Source: Candidatus Krumholzibacteriia bacterium (GTDB taxonomy: Bacteria; Krumholzibacteriota; Krumholzibacteriia; LZORAL124-64-63). Taken from it: DNA of 64,000 nt. Location of the stretch: assembly GCA_046484865.1 (NCBI GenBank), contig JAWOID010000104.1, forward strand, positions 11,037 through 75,036. Reading direction: 5' to 3'. The position numbers and the translations under genes were made by a program. The first letter of the stretch is position 1. Every line of letters starts with the position of its first letter. A model generated the notes under the pieces. The model was not told the DNA's origin. It saw nothing but the letters and a program-made list of their open reading frames with translations, and did not search any database. Shown piece after piece: positions 47,871-59,506 of the stretch.

Positions 47871-49519
47871 GCGACGAACGTGCGGGCAGCGGGCCGCAGG
47901 ACATCCCTGGCGGCGTGCGCGCGGGCGCCCCGAAGGGCCGGGACGCTGCCGAGCCGTGGCAACTCGCCCGGCGGCTGGTGGTGGGCCTGGCCGGAACCTG
48001 GCCGCGACCGGAGGAGGAAGCCTGGCTGCAGCGCGCGCAGCCGGCGGGCGTGCTGCTCTTCGGTCGCAACGCGAGCGACCTGAACCAGTTGCAGGCACTG
48101 GTGTCCCGCCTGCGCGAGCTGTTGCCCGCGGGCGCGGAGATCGTGGCCGACCACGAGGGTGGTCCGGTGTCGGTGCTGCAGCAGGCGATCGGCCGGCCGC
48201 CGGCGGCGGCCACCCTGGGCCTCGTGGACGATCCCGGGCTCACCCGCGCGGTCCACGCGGAGACCGGCCGCCGGCTGCGGCGGCTGGGGATCGACCGGGT
48301 TCTCGCTCCTTGTGCCGACGTGCTCACCAGCGGCGGCAATCCCGTGATCGGCTCGCGCAGCTTCGGCGACCGGCCGGAACTCGTGGCCCGACACGTGGCC
48401 GCAGCCGTGGCCGGGCTGACCGAGGCGGGCATGCGCTGCTGTCCGAAGCACTGGCCGGGCCATGGCGGCGTGCGCGGCGATACCCACGCTGCGCAGGTGG
48501 AGGCGGGACCGGTCGCGGGCGGAGAGCCCTTCCGGGCCGCCGCCGACGCCGGCGCGGACGCGGTCATGCTGGGCCACCTGCTCCGCTCGGGCCGCGAAAA
48601 GGAGGGACCGGCCACGCTGGCGCCAGCCGCGGTGCGGGCGGCGCGGGCCGAGTTCGTCCGCGAGGGGCGGCCGGTGCCGCAGATATGGGTGGACGACGTG
48701 ACGATGGGGGCGTTGCGCGACGCCCTGGCAGCGCGCGGTGTGGAGCCGCTGGCCGAGCCGTCGCCGGGCACGCCGCCGGTGGAGGCCACCCCCTGGCTGG
48801 TGAATCCCGCCTGTCTGCCGCCGGCCTGGTTCACCGCCCTCGCGGACGGCGGCAGCGACCGCTGGCTCGTCTATCGCATCCCCTGGTCGGCCTTCCCCGT
48901 GCCCGCCGGGGCCTGGAACGCGACCGGTGCTCGGCAGGAGGCCAGGCCTCCGGCGGCTGCGGCCGAGACTCCCGCAGCGGCCGGGACCCCCGCTGCGGCC
49001 GGGGCTGCGCGCGGCGGGGGCGCCGGCGACGACATGGACCCGGCTGCCGGGGAACCCGGCGGCAGGGCAGGTGCGGGCAGTATCCCTCCGGCCGCAGACC
49101 CCGCCTGGAACGACGCTCCCTACGACGAGGCCCGGCGCCGGGCGGTCGCCGCCGGCTGGCGATGGGCCGATCGCGGGCACGTGGCCTGGCTCGACCTCAC
49201 CGCCGGCGACCGCTGGGGCGATTCCGAGCTGGATCACTTGCTGGCGAGGAGCTTCGCGCTGGTCGAGCACGTGCCCGCGGACGCCGCCGGCCGCGCGGGA
49301 CGGCCGTGGCCCGCCAATCTCGTGCTGACCTCGCACCGGCCGCTCCCCGAACACGTGCAGCGCCTGCTCGCGTCCGCGCCTTGGCCGGAGCAGGGCAGCG
49401 CCGTGGCGGCGGGGCATCCGGCGCTCGCACCGGCGCTGCGAGCCGGCCTGCCGCCCGCCTGGCGAGTCCTCACGCTCCACGACGTGACGGCCGCGGACCT
49501 GGAGCCCGCGCTCGGCTGA
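47867..49519 (+). CDS. nagZ: GH3 beta-N-acetylhexosaminidase (NagZ-like) with divergent C-terminal region
   Basis: GVLLFGRN, ADHEGG, APCADV, IGSRSFG, KHWPGHGGVRGDTH, DDVTMGAL; GTG overlaps the SpoIID stop. Confidence 0.8.
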   Translation: MSDERAGSGPQDIPGGVRAGAPKGRDAAEPWQLARRLVVGLAGTWPRPEEEAWLQRAQPAGVLLFGRNASDLNQLQALVSRLRELLPAGAEIVADHEGGPVSVLQQAIGRPPAAATLGLVDDPGLTRAVHAETGRRLRRLGIDRVLAPCADVLTSGGNPVIGSRSFGDRPELVARHVAAAVAGLTEAGMRCCPKHWPGHGGVRGDTHAAQVEAGPVAGGEPFRAAADAGADAVMLGHLLRSGREKEGPATLAPAAVRAARAEFVREGRPVPQIWVDDVTMGALRDALAARGVEPLAEPSPGTPPVEATPWLVNPACLPPAWFTALADGGSDRWLVYRIPWSAFPVPAGAWNATGARQEARPPAAAAETPAAAGTPAAAGAARGGGAGDDMDPAAGEPGGRAGAGSIPPAADPAWNDAPYDEARRRAVAAGWRWADRGHVAWLDLTAGDRWGDSELDHLLARSFALVEHVPADAAGRAGRPWPANLVLTSHRPLPEHVQRLLASAPWPEQGSAVAAGHPALAPALRAGLPPAWRVLTLHDVTAADLEPALG

Positions 49520-49717
49520 TCCGTCTCGGCTGATTCCCTCGGTTGATCCCTGGGCCGATGCCCGGGGGTACGCCGGGAGGGCACCGGAAGCGCGCCGGGG
49601 GGAAGCCTGCATCGCGCCGGGGGGGGCGCCTGGATCGCCACGGGAGCGCCCCCGGGAACGCGCCGCGAATGCCTCGGGGAGCGTGGCGTGAACGCGCCGG
49701 AAGCCCGGCGCCGGTGA

Positions 49718-49746
49718 TTGACAGTGCACGAGCGGCACGCTATATT
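49718..49746 (+). promoter_or_regulatory. Sigma70 promoter for tRNA-Asp
   Basis: TTGACA, 17-nt spacer, TATATT, then a GC-rich discriminator GCGCCC. Confidence 0.75.
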
Positions 49747-49772
49747 GCGCCCGAATTCCGCCGAGTGCTGGC

Positions 49773-49850
49773 GGGGGCGTAGTTCAGTTTGGTTAGAACG
49801 CCGGCCTGTCAAGCCGGAGGTCGCGAGTTCGAGTCTCGTCGCTCCCGCCA
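49773..49850 (+). tRNA. tRNA-Asp(GTC)
   Basis: GGGGGCG/CGCTCCC acceptor stem, CCGGC-CTGTCAA-GCCGG anticodon arm, GTTCGAGT T-loop, CCA. Confidence 0.97.
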
Positions 49851-49969
49851 TCCGCATTGCCGCCGCCCGGACGCTCCCGTAGCATCCGGGCGGCTGCTTT
49901 TTCGGGACAGATGGTCTATCTTGCAGGGTCGTGCCGAGGACCCACGCATTCGCGCAAAGGAGCCGGTCG

Positions 49970-51756
<1,787 letters not shown>

Positions 51757-51772
<16 letters not shown>

Positions 51773-53106
51773 CGGGCTCCGTCGCTACCCGCCGGGTCCG
51801 GGAGCAGGGCCGCCTGCTCCCGGACCACCTCCAGCAGACGCTCGAACACGTCCGGCGGAAACGCCGGCATCCGCTCCAGGTACCAGTTGTAGCTCCCCTC
51901 GGTGCTCGTCGGCTGGTCCGGGTTGCGCAGCGCCGCTTCCTGGTAGGCGGTCAGGAATGCGGCCACGCTGTTCGCGCTGCTGCGTAGCCGCTCCTCCCCG
52001 AGCCGCCGCTCGATGAGCCGCGCCATGGCGAACCCGACGCTGCTGTACCCTCCGCTGGGGGCCAGCAGCTTGTGCGCGGCCAGCCCGCGGTCACCTTCCT
52101 GCCCGTCCGCGACCTGCTGCGTGTCCGCGAGCGCATCGGCGGTCGCCGCGATCACGTTGCCGAGCTGGCGCACGCCGCGCGCCATGATCTCCTCGGGCAC
52201 CGGCATGGTGTACCGGGACAGGCGCGGGTGGTCGGTGTCCATGTAGAGGGTCTCGAACTCGTCGATCCAGGAACCCACACCACCGTGGACGACCGCGCCC
52301 CAGGTGGAATGGAGGGCGGCCGCCCCCTCCACCGTGACCGGATTGGCGTGCACGGGGGCGCCGTACTTGCGGTACAGCGACGAGGCCAGCGCGCGCTCCA
52401 GCTGGTCGACGTCCAGCGCCGCGGCGAGGCCGGCGTCCACCAGGAAGCGGTCCTCGAAGAAGCGCAGCTCGGCATCGGCCGCCAGGAAGTCGATGCGCAG
52501 CGGGTCGGGGATGTCCGCGGCGGGCACGAAGCCACGCGCGCGCTCGGCGACCTTGCAGCCGAGGTCGGCGGCGATCAGGCGTTCCACCGCCGCGGTCACG
52601 GCCGGTCCGTTGTCGACGACATAGCCCATGCTGGCGATCATGCCGGTGTTCGCCGGCAGCTTCTCGCCCTCCAGCCGGCGCAGCCCGCCGCTGGACGTGC
52701 GGCCGACCGTCGCGTAGAGCACCAGGCGGTCGAGGAGTTCGGCCGGCACCGGCTCGTCATAGCTGCGCAGCAGGAGGTCGTAGATGGGCAGGCTCGCCAG
52801 CTCGCCCTTCCGGCCGGGCGGAATCCGGTTTTCCGCCTGGATCTCGCCGGTCAGGTCGAGGAATGCCTCCAGCCCCGTGGTGGTGATCACCACCGGACAC
52901 TCCAGGCGAACGACGTCCCCCGCCGCGCCGGAAGCCGCTTCCGTGTCGCCGTCGCCCTCGCCCGAGCCGCAGGCCGCGAGGCCGAGCAGCAGGCCGGCGG
53001 CTACCAGCGCCGCCGCAGCGTCGGCTGCGGACCGTCCTGCGCGGGAGCGCACCCGCCGGCGTGCGGACGCGTTGTTTCTGCGGCGATATCCAGCTATGTT
53101 ACGCAC
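51757..53106 (-). CDS. Hypothetical lipoprotein, DUF5700-like zincin fold apparently lacking HExxH
   Basis: GGAGG RBS; LAAC lipobox; C-terminal YSSVGFAMARLIERRLGEERL..AFLTAYQEAA. Confidence 0.6.
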
Positions 53107-53147
53107 CGTCGTGGACCTCCCGGAACTTTCAGCGAGAATCGTTCCCC

Positions 53148-53798
53148 ATGCTTCTGGTCAGAGAAATATATCCCGCCATCATGGGCGAGTCACGCGCGAG
53201 CGGCTGGCCTTGCGCGATCGTGCGGCTCACCGGCTGCCACCGCCGGTGCAGCTACTGCGACACCGCGTACGCTTTCCAGGGCGGCGAGCGGCTCGACCGG
53301 AAGGAGATCCTGCACCGCGTGGCGGAGATCGGCCTGCGCACGGTGCTGGTCACGGGAGGGGAGCCACTGCTGCAGGAGGAGGTCTGCGAGCTGATGGCGG
53401 ACCTGCAGGCCGTCGGGCACACGGTGGTGATCGAGACCAGCGGCACCACGGGAGCCACGGCGCTGGACCGGGTGCCGGCCGGCGTGATGCGGGTCGTGGA
53501 CGTCAAGGCTCCCGGCAGCGGTCTCGCCGAGAGCGCCATCGACTGGGCCGGCATCGCCGGGCTCGGGGCCGACGACGAGCTGAAGATCGTCTGCTGCGAC
53601 CGGCGGGACTACCTCTGGGCGCGGGACGTGGTCCGGTCGGGACGGCTGCCGGCCGGCGTTCCGGTGACCTTCTCGCCCGCGTGGGGGGAGGTGGACGCCC
53701 GCCGCCTCGCCGAGTGGGTGCTCGCCGACCGTCTGGACGTGCGGGTGCAGGTGCAGCTCCACCGGCTGCTGTGGCCGGAGGCGGAGGGAGGCGTGTGA
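53148..53798 (+). CDS. queE: 7-carboxy-7-deazaguanine synthase (radical SAM)
   Basis: EIYPAIMGE, VRLTGCHRRCSYCDT.Y, VTGGEPLLQ, IETSG, DVKAPGS, QLHRLLW. Confidence 0.93.
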   Translation: MLLVREIYPAIMGESRASGWPCAIVRLTGCHRRCSYCDTAYAFQGGERLDRKEILHRVAEIGLRTVLVTGGEPLLQEEVCELMADLQAVGHTVVIETSGTTGATALDRVPAGVMRVVDVKAPGSGLAESAIDWAGIAGLGADDELKIVCCDRRDYLWARDVVRSGRLPAGVPVTFSPAWGEVDARRLAEWVLADRLDVRVQVQLHRLLWPEAEGGV

Positions 53799-54517
53799 TG
53801 GCGCGGCCCCTGGCCGTCGTGCTCGCCAGCGGCGGACTCGATTCGTGCGTCTGCGTGGCCGAGGCGGCGGTGGCGCACGATCTGGCCCTGCTGCACGTCA
53901 ACTATGGCCAGCGTACCGAGACCCGCGAGCTGCAGGCGTTCGAGGCGATCGCCGCCCACTACGCCGCGCCGCACCGGCTGGTGGTGGATGTCGGCCACCT
54001 GAAGGCCATCGGCGGTTCCAGCCTGCTCGACTCCGCGCGACCGATGGAGGAGGGGCTACCACGCAGCGGCGCGCCCGTGCCGTCCACCTACGTGCCCTTC
54101 CGCAACGCCCATCTGCTCTGCATCGCCGTGTCGTGGGCGGAGGTGCTGGGAGCGCGTGCCGTCTACCTGGGCGCCGTGGAGGAGGACGGCTCCGGGTACC
54201 CCGACTGCCGCGAGGAGTTCTTCCGCGCCTTCGCGGCCGCGGTGGACGCCGGCACCCGGCCGGACACCCGCGTCACCCTGGCGACGCCCCTGCTCCGCCT
54301 GGACAAGGCGGCCATCGTCCGCCGCGGAGTCGAGCTCGCGGCTCCCCTGCAGCTCACGTGGTCGTGCTACCGCAACGAGCGAAGAGCCTGTGGCCGCTGC
54401 GAGAGCTGCCGGCTGCGGCTGCGCGGCTTCGCAGGGGCGGGCATCGCTGATCCGATCTCCTACGAGGACGCGACCGGGTTCTCCACCGGAAGCCGATTCC
54501 CTGGTTTCAGGGGGTGA
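53798..54517 (+). CDS. queC: 7-cyano-7-deazaguanine synthase
   Basis: SGGLDS, NYGQR, STYVPFRN, GYPDCR, TWSCY..CGRCESC. Confidence 0.95.
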   Translation: MARPLAVVLASGGLDSCVCVAEAAVAHDLALLHVNYGQRTETRELQAFEAIAAHYAAPHRLVVDVGHLKAIGGSSLLDSARPMEEGLPRSGAPVPSTYVPFRNAHLLCIAVSWAEVLGARAVYLGAVEEDGSGYPDCREEFFRAFAAAVDAGTRPDTRVTLATPLLRLDKAAIVRRGVELAAPLQLTWSCYRNERRACGRCESCRLRLRGFAGAGIADPISYEDATGFSTGSRFPGFRG

Positions 54518-54581
54518 TGCTCTTGCCCGCGCAGGAGTTCCGTGGTGCGCCGGCTCCTGGAGCGCGCCCGCCGTCGAGCGG

Positions 54582-55451
54582 TCACGGCCGGGCGAGGAAC
54601 CGGGAGAAATCATGGGCGGCGTAGGCGTCGCAGCGTGAGCAGAGGTGGATGAGGTCGCGCCGGCCGTCGTCGAGCAGTGATCGCAGATGACGCGCCGCGT
54701 GGCCGTCCCAGATCTCCTGCACGGTCTGCTCGTACACGTTGCCGATGACGGCGCGTCCATGCACGTCCCAGCAGCACAGCGTGGCGTTGCCGTCGGTGTA
54801 GAAGAACAGTTCGTCGAGGACCTTCAGGCAGGGCTTGCGCACCACCTCGGCCGCCGTCTGGCCGGTCCAGGGCCAGCGATAGAGGCTGGTCTCCACCACC
54901 TCGCTGCAGCGCGGCTCCCAGAACGCCCGGTAGTCGTCGAGTTCATGCCGGTTCTCCGGCACCGCGATGATCCGCACCTCGGTATGGACACGGTCGCGAT
55001 ACCCCTCGCGCTCCCAGATCTCCAGGAAGCGTGGCACCCGCTCGTACACGCGGTCGTAGCTCACGCCCACGCGCGACGGTTCGTACGCCTCGCGCGAGAG
55101 GCCGTCGATGGAGAACCGCATGATGTCCACGCCCGCCTCCAGGAGTGCACGTCCGAGATCCTCGGTGAGCAGTTCGCCGTTGGTGTTGAACTCCACGCGG
55201 GCGGTGGGATCGTTGTCCTTGATGTACCGCACGATCTCCGGCTGCCGGCGGTCCACGAAGGGCTCGTTGGTGAGGAACGGCCGGTAGGTGACGCCCCAGC
55301 CGCGGGTCTGGTCGACGATGCGCCGCCAGGTCTCCTCGGTCATGCGGTGCGGGATGCGCTCGATCTCGTGCTGCGGACAGAACGGGCAGCGCGCGTTGCA
55401 TTTGGTGACCGTCTCGAGCTGGATGTAGAGGGGCCGCTCGGCGTACGGCAT
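54582..55451 (-). CDS. Radical SAM protein with SPASM/Twitch domain
   Basis: CNARCPFC, FNTNG, FSIDG; C-terminal KPC..DGNATLCCWD..IGN..EIW..LCSRC. The start could be 55451 or 55529-55535. Confidence 0.88.
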   Translation of the reverse strand: MPYAERPLYIQLETVTKCNARCPFCPQHEIERIPHRMTEETWRRIVDQTRGWGVTYRPFLTNEPFVDRRQPEIVRYIKDNDPTARVEFNTNGELLTEDLGRALLEAGVDIMRFSIDGLSREAYEPSRVGVSYDRVYERVPRFLEIWEREGYRDRVHTEVRIIAVPENRHELDDYRAFWEPRCSEVVETSLYRWPWTGQTAAEVVRKPCLKVLDELFFYTDGNATLCCWDVHGRAVIGNVYEQTVQEIWDGHAARHLRSLLDDGRRDLIHLCSRCDAYAAHDFSRFLARP

Positions 55452-55647
55452 GCGCCATCGCGCCGCTGCGCAGACCGTCCGCGGAGCGGGCGAGGCGGGG
55501 TCGAGCCGGTTGGCCTGCTGCGGTCGCATGGGCACGCTCCTGCCGTGTGTGTCGGGCGGTGGCGCCGGCGTCGATCCCGGACGTGCCGGCCGGTCGGGGA
55601 TCCGGGCTCCTGCAGACGTCGGTGCGGGCCGGGGGGCGAGGACAAAC

Positions 55648-57030
55648 CTAGCAAGGGCTGGACTCCGGCACCAGTGCCGGCTCCAGCACGGCCAGGCTGC
55701 GCGCGGTCGCGCCGCGCTGCTCCAGCACCACCGCGCGCGCCGCCTCGCCGCAGCGGGTCAGGCGGTCGGGATCGCTCAGGAGCGCGTCTGCCGTGCCCCG
55801 TGCGTCCGCCGGCGTGCGCAGGACGAACCCGGCCTCCCGCCGTACCAGTCGCGCCGCCTCCTCGGCGTTCTGGATGCGCGGCCCGAACATCACCGGCAGC
55901 GACGCCACCGCCGGCTCCATCGTGTTGTGGACCCCGGTCGTGAAGCTGCCGCCCACGTACGCCAGCGTGCCGGCGCGGTAGATCTCCGCCAGCACGCCCA
56001 CCGAATCCACCAGCACGCAGCGCGCAGACGCAGCGGGGCCGGAGGCGGTGGCGGCGGCACCGGCGGCATCGGCGGCAGCGGTGGCAGCGGTGGCACCGGT
56101 GGCCGCGCCGTCCATCAGCGCCGAGAGCCGCCGGTGTGCGATGCCGCGGCGGTCGAGGTCCGCCTCCAGGGCGGCCAGCCGGTGCGGCAGCGGCTCGTGC
56201 GGGGCCAGCACCACCCGCAGATCGCGATAGCGTCCTAGCAGTTCCGGCAGCACCGGCAGCCAGAGCTGCTCGTCCGGCGGCCAGGTGGAACCCAGCACCA
56301 GCACGCGGCCGCCCGGTTCGAGCAGGCGCGCGGCCACCGATCCGGCCTCGCTCTCCTCGTAGCGACGGATCACCTGCTCGGCGCGGGTGTCGCCGGTCAC
56401 GCTGACGGGACAGCGTACGTCCAGGTCGTCCACGAACCGGCGGCGGTCCTCCTCGCTCACGGCGCCCACGTGCTGGAATCGTCCGAACACGTCGCGGAAC
56501 AGCGGCCGCGCCAGGGGATGCAGCCGCGCTCCGGGCGGCTGCAGGGTGGCGGCGAGCAGGAAGAGGGGCACGCCGGCAGCGTGGGCTTCCAGCACCAGGT
56601 TCGGCCAGCAGTCGAACTTGACGAACAGCAACAGGCGCGGTTGCCAGGCCCGCACCAGCCGGCGCATGTCCGCCGGTCGGTCCAGGGGCAGGTAGTCGTG
56701 CCAGTCGGCACAAGGTCGTCGCCGCGCGAATTCCCAGCCCGAGGGCGAGAAGTGCGTGACGGCCACCGGCGGGGCGGCTGCCCCGAGGCGATCGCGGATG
56801 GCCGCGATGACGGGCCGCGCCTGTTCGTACTCGCCGACACTGGTGACGTGGACCCAGACGCAACCCCGCAACCGGTCGGCGGCGGCCACGCTGCGCTCCA
56901 GCAGTCCGCGCCGACCGCGGATGCCGGCTGCCAGCTTGGGCGAGAACGAGGCCAGGGTCTCCGCGACTCCGGCCACCAGGGGGGCGGTGCTCCGGTACAG
57001 GCGCAGGGCGGGACCCGGCTGGCCGTTCAT
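55648..57030 (-). CDS. waaA: Kdo transferase
   Basis: WVHVTSVGE, YLPLD, WPNL, TGDTR, LGSTW, LAPHEP, VDSVGVLAEIY, YVGGSF..HNTMEPA, FGP. Confidence 0.9.
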   Translation of the reverse strand: MNGQPGPALRLYRSTAPLVAGVAETLASFSPKLAAGIRGRRGLLERSVAAADRLRGCVWVHVTSVGEYEQARPVIAAIRDRLGAAAPPVAVTHFSPSGWEFARRRPCADWHDYLPLDRPADMRRLVRAWQPRLLLFVKFDCWPNLVLEAHAAGVPLFLLAATLQPPGARLHPLARPLFRDVFGRFQHVGAVSEEDRRRFVDDLDVRCPVSVTGDTRAEQVIRRYEESEAGSVAARLLEPGGRVLVLGSTWPPDEQLWLPVLPELLGRYRDLRVVLAPHEPLPHRLAALEADLDRRGIAHRRLSALMDGAATGATAATAAADAAGAAATASGPAASARCVLVDSVGVLAEIYRAGTLAYVGGSFTTGVHNTMEPAVASLPVMFGPRIQNAEEAARLVRREAGFVLRTPADARGTADALLSDPDRLTRCGEAARAVVLEQRGATARSLAVLEPALVPESSPC

Positions 57031-58106
57031 CCCGCTCCTTCCTCCGGCAGGCCGGCGGCCTCCGTCGATCCGGAATCCTGCGACCACCCGCCGACCGCCA
57101 GAGCGGCGGCCAGGACGCGCTCCGGACCGATCTCCGCCAGGCAGGCCAGGTCGCCCCGCCAGCACGGGCGGCGTCCGTTCCGGGAGCAGGGCCGGCAGCG
57201 GAGGTCGCTCATCTCCAGCAGCCGGCTGCGCGGCAGGGTCGGGGCGTAGCCGAACTCGCGCACCGTGGGCCCGAAGAGCGCCACCACCGGCGTTCCCACC
57301 AGCTCCGAGAGGTGCAGCAGACCGCTGTCGCTGGTCACGGTGGCCGCGCAACCGGCCAGCGCCAGCGCCACGTCCGTCAGCGGCCGTCGCGCGACGAGTT
57401 CCACCCCGGACACCGTGGCCGCGGCCTGCTCCAGCGTGCTGCCGGCGAACCACGCCTCCTCGTCCGGGCCCAGGAACAGCCGCACGGGCGCGGCCGACGC
57501 GCGCCGGAAGGCGTGCAGGAACGACGTGGCGTGCTCGATCGGCCATCGCTTGGTCGGCCAGCGCGCGCCGGGGGCGAACCCCAGCGCGCGCGCCGGCGGT
57601 CGTCCCGCGTTCGCCCCCGGCGCCGGCAGCCGCGCGGCCGCCCACCCCGCCAGCGGCGGCGCCTGAGACGCATCGACGCCGGGCGCCGCGAAGGGCTCGA
57701 GCAAGGCGTCGAAGCGCGTCCGCATCGTGCGTTGCAGCCGGGGCGATCCACGCCGGTGCAGCAGCAGTCGCAATCGCGCCGCGGTATCCTTCTGCAGCCG
57801 GCGATCGACGCGGCGCCCCAGCAACAGCGACAGCACGCGCGCCCGGAGCACGCCGTGCGCATCCACCACCGCGTCGTGGCGGCGGCCGCGCAACTCGCCG
57901 GCCAGGCGCCCCAGTGCACGCAGGTCCCGCCCGCGCAGGGGGACCACCTCGTCCACGCCCGGGAACGCGGAGGCCAGACCGGCGAAGGCCTCCTTCGTCA
58001 CCAGCGTGACCCGCGGCGATGCGGACGCCAGACGCGCCAGCGACCAGGCCAGCAGGCAGAGGTCGCCCAGCGCACCGAAGCGGATGACGAGGAGGCGCTG
58101 CGGCAT
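57027..58106 (-). CDS. Glycosyltransferase family 9 (LPS heptosyltransferase-like)
   Basis: LLVIRFGALGD, APGARWPTKRWP, DSGLLHL, ALFGPT, CRPCS..C..C. Confidence 0.9.
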   Translation of the reverse strand: MPQRLLVIRFGALGDLCLLAWSLARLASASPRVTLVTKEAFAGLASAFPGVDEVVPLRGRDLRALGRLAGELRGRRHDAVVDAHGVLRARVLSLLLGRRVDRRLQKDTAARLRLLLHRRGSPRLQRTMRTRFDALLEPFAAPGVDASQAPPLAGWAAARLPAPGANAGRPPARALGFAPGARWPTKRWPIEHATSFLHAFRRASAAPVRLFLGPDEEAWFAGSTLEQAAATVSGVELVARRPLTDVALALAGCAATVTSDSGLLHLSELVGTPVVALFGPTVREFGYAPTLPRSRLLEMSDLRCRPCSRNGRRPCWRGDLACLAEIGPERVLAAALAVGGWSQDSGSTEAAGLPEEGAG

Positions 58107-58192
58107 GGTCCCGGTCGGCTCCCGGTACGAGCAGGTGTGCCAACGGCGAACGGGGGCGGACTCCCGACGAGTGTCCTGCCCCCGGCGCGGCG

Positions 58193-58221
58193 ATCATAGG
58201 GGCGCCCTTGCAGGCTGTCAA
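58193..58221 (-). promoter_or_regulatory. Sigma70 promoter for the GT9-waaA unit
   Basis: Minus strand TTGACA (58221-58216), 17-nt spacer, TATGAT (58198-58193). Confidence 0.7.
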
Positions 58222-58236
58222 GGAAGCCGCTATCCT
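58208..58236 (+). promoter_or_regulatory. Putative sigma70 promoter for the CNNM genes
   Basis: TTGCAG, 17-nt spacer, TATCCT. Confidence 0.55.
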
Positions 58237-58267
58237 CGCGCGCAGCCGCGAGCTACCGGAGTGTCAC

Positions 58268-59506
58268 GTGGACCTGCCCCTGCTGTTCGTACTGCTGGTT
58301 CTGTCGGCCTCCTTCTCCGGGTCCGAGACGGCGTTCTTCTCTCTGCGCCGCTCGGAACTGGCAGCGCTCGCGGGGCGCGGCGCCGCTGGACGCCGGGTGA
58401 CGGCATTGCTGGCGCGCCCGTCGGACCTCCTCTCGGCCATCCTCATCGGCAATCTCGTGGTGAATGTCGCGGCCAGCGTGGTGGCCACCACCCTGGCGCT
58501 GTCCGTGTTCGGAAGCAACGGCCTGGCGGTGGCTGTGCCCGCAGTGACGCTGGCGCTGCTGCTGTTCGGAGAGATCACACCCAAGCTGCTGGCCCTGCGG
58601 GCCAAGAGCCGCGTGGCGCTGGTGGCGCAGGCGCCGTTGACCCTGTGGATCCTGATCACGCGGCCGCTGCTCTGGGTGATCAGCCCGCTGACGCACTGGC
58701 TCGTCCGCGCGCTGCCCCTGGAGCGCACGGGAAGCCGTCTGCTCACCGTGCCCGAGCTGCAGACCGCGTGCGACCTGGCGGTGGAGGAGGGCACCCTCGG
58801 CGAGACGGAGGGGCGGTTCCTCGCGCGTCTGCTCGGACTGCGCACGCTGGCGGTCCGCGAGATCATGACTCCGCGCCCCGACGTCGAGATGCTCGATGCG
58901 GGGTGGGGCCGCGGACAGGTCCTGTCCGCCGCTCGCCGCGCGGGCTTCAATCGATATCCGGTGGCGGGCTCCGAAGGGGACATGCCGGTCGGCTTCGTCC
59001 ACCTCAAGGATCTGCTCGGCGCGTCCGACCACGCGCCGGTCTCCGAGCTGGTGCGGCCCCTGATCTTCGCGCCCGAGAGCAAGGACGCGGCCTCGCTGCT
59101 CACCGAGATGCGCACCGGCGGCGTGCACCTGGCCGCCGTCATCGACGAGCACGGCGACTTCACCGGTATCGTGACCCTGGCCGATTGCCTGCAGGCGCTC
59201 ATCGGACCGGTGGCCGACGTGGGGTCGGTGGGGAGCGACGCCGTGCAGATCGGGCCGCGCCGGTGGGTCCTCGCCGGCTGGCTCGACCTGCGCGCCCTGC
59301 GCGAGATCGCCGGCATCGAGCTGCCGCCCTCGCGCAACTACGTGACCCTGGCCGGGTTCGTCATGGCCCGCCTCGGACGGATTCCGGCCCCAGGCGACCG
59401 GGTGCTGCTCGGCGGCTGGCGGTTCACGGTGCTGGAGATGGAGGCGAATCGCGTCGGTCGCGTGCTGGCGGCGGTGGCTCGCAACGGGCGGGAGGAGACG
59501 TCGTGA
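58268..59506 (+). CDS. CNNM/DUF21-CBS-CorC protein (TlyC/CorB-like Mg2+ transporter)
   Basis: FSGSETAFFS, ILIGNLVVN, FGEITPK, VREIMTPR, IDEHGDFTGIVTL, YVTLAGF; GTG follows GGAG. Confidence 0.9.
   Translation: MDLPLLFVLLVLSASFSGSETAFFSLRRSELAALAGRGAAGRRVTALLARPSDLLSAILIGNLVVNVAASVVATTLALSVFGSNGLAVAVPAVTLALLLFGEITPKLLALRAKSRVALVAQAPLTLWILITRPLLWVISPLTHWLVRALPLERTGSRLLTVPELQTACDLAVEEGTLGETEGRFLARLLGLRTLAVREIMTPRPDVEMLDAGWGRGQVLSAARRAGFNRYPVAGSEGDMPVGFVHLKDLLGASDHAPVSELVRPLIFAPESKDAASLLTEMRTGGVHLAAVIDEHGDFTGIVTLADCLQALIGPVADVGSVGSDAVQIGPRRWVLAGWLDLRALREIAGIELPPSRNYVTLAGFVMARLGRIPAPGDRVLLGGWRFTVLEMEANRVGRVLAAVARNGREETS

Noticed and set aside
53100..54517. preQ1 riboswitch, or a 7-deazaguanine DNA-modification (dpd) defence cluster
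   Set aside because: No preQ1 aptamer pattern is visible in the 41-bp gap and there is no dpdA/tgt-like gene. queE-queC fit ordinary queuosine synthesis.
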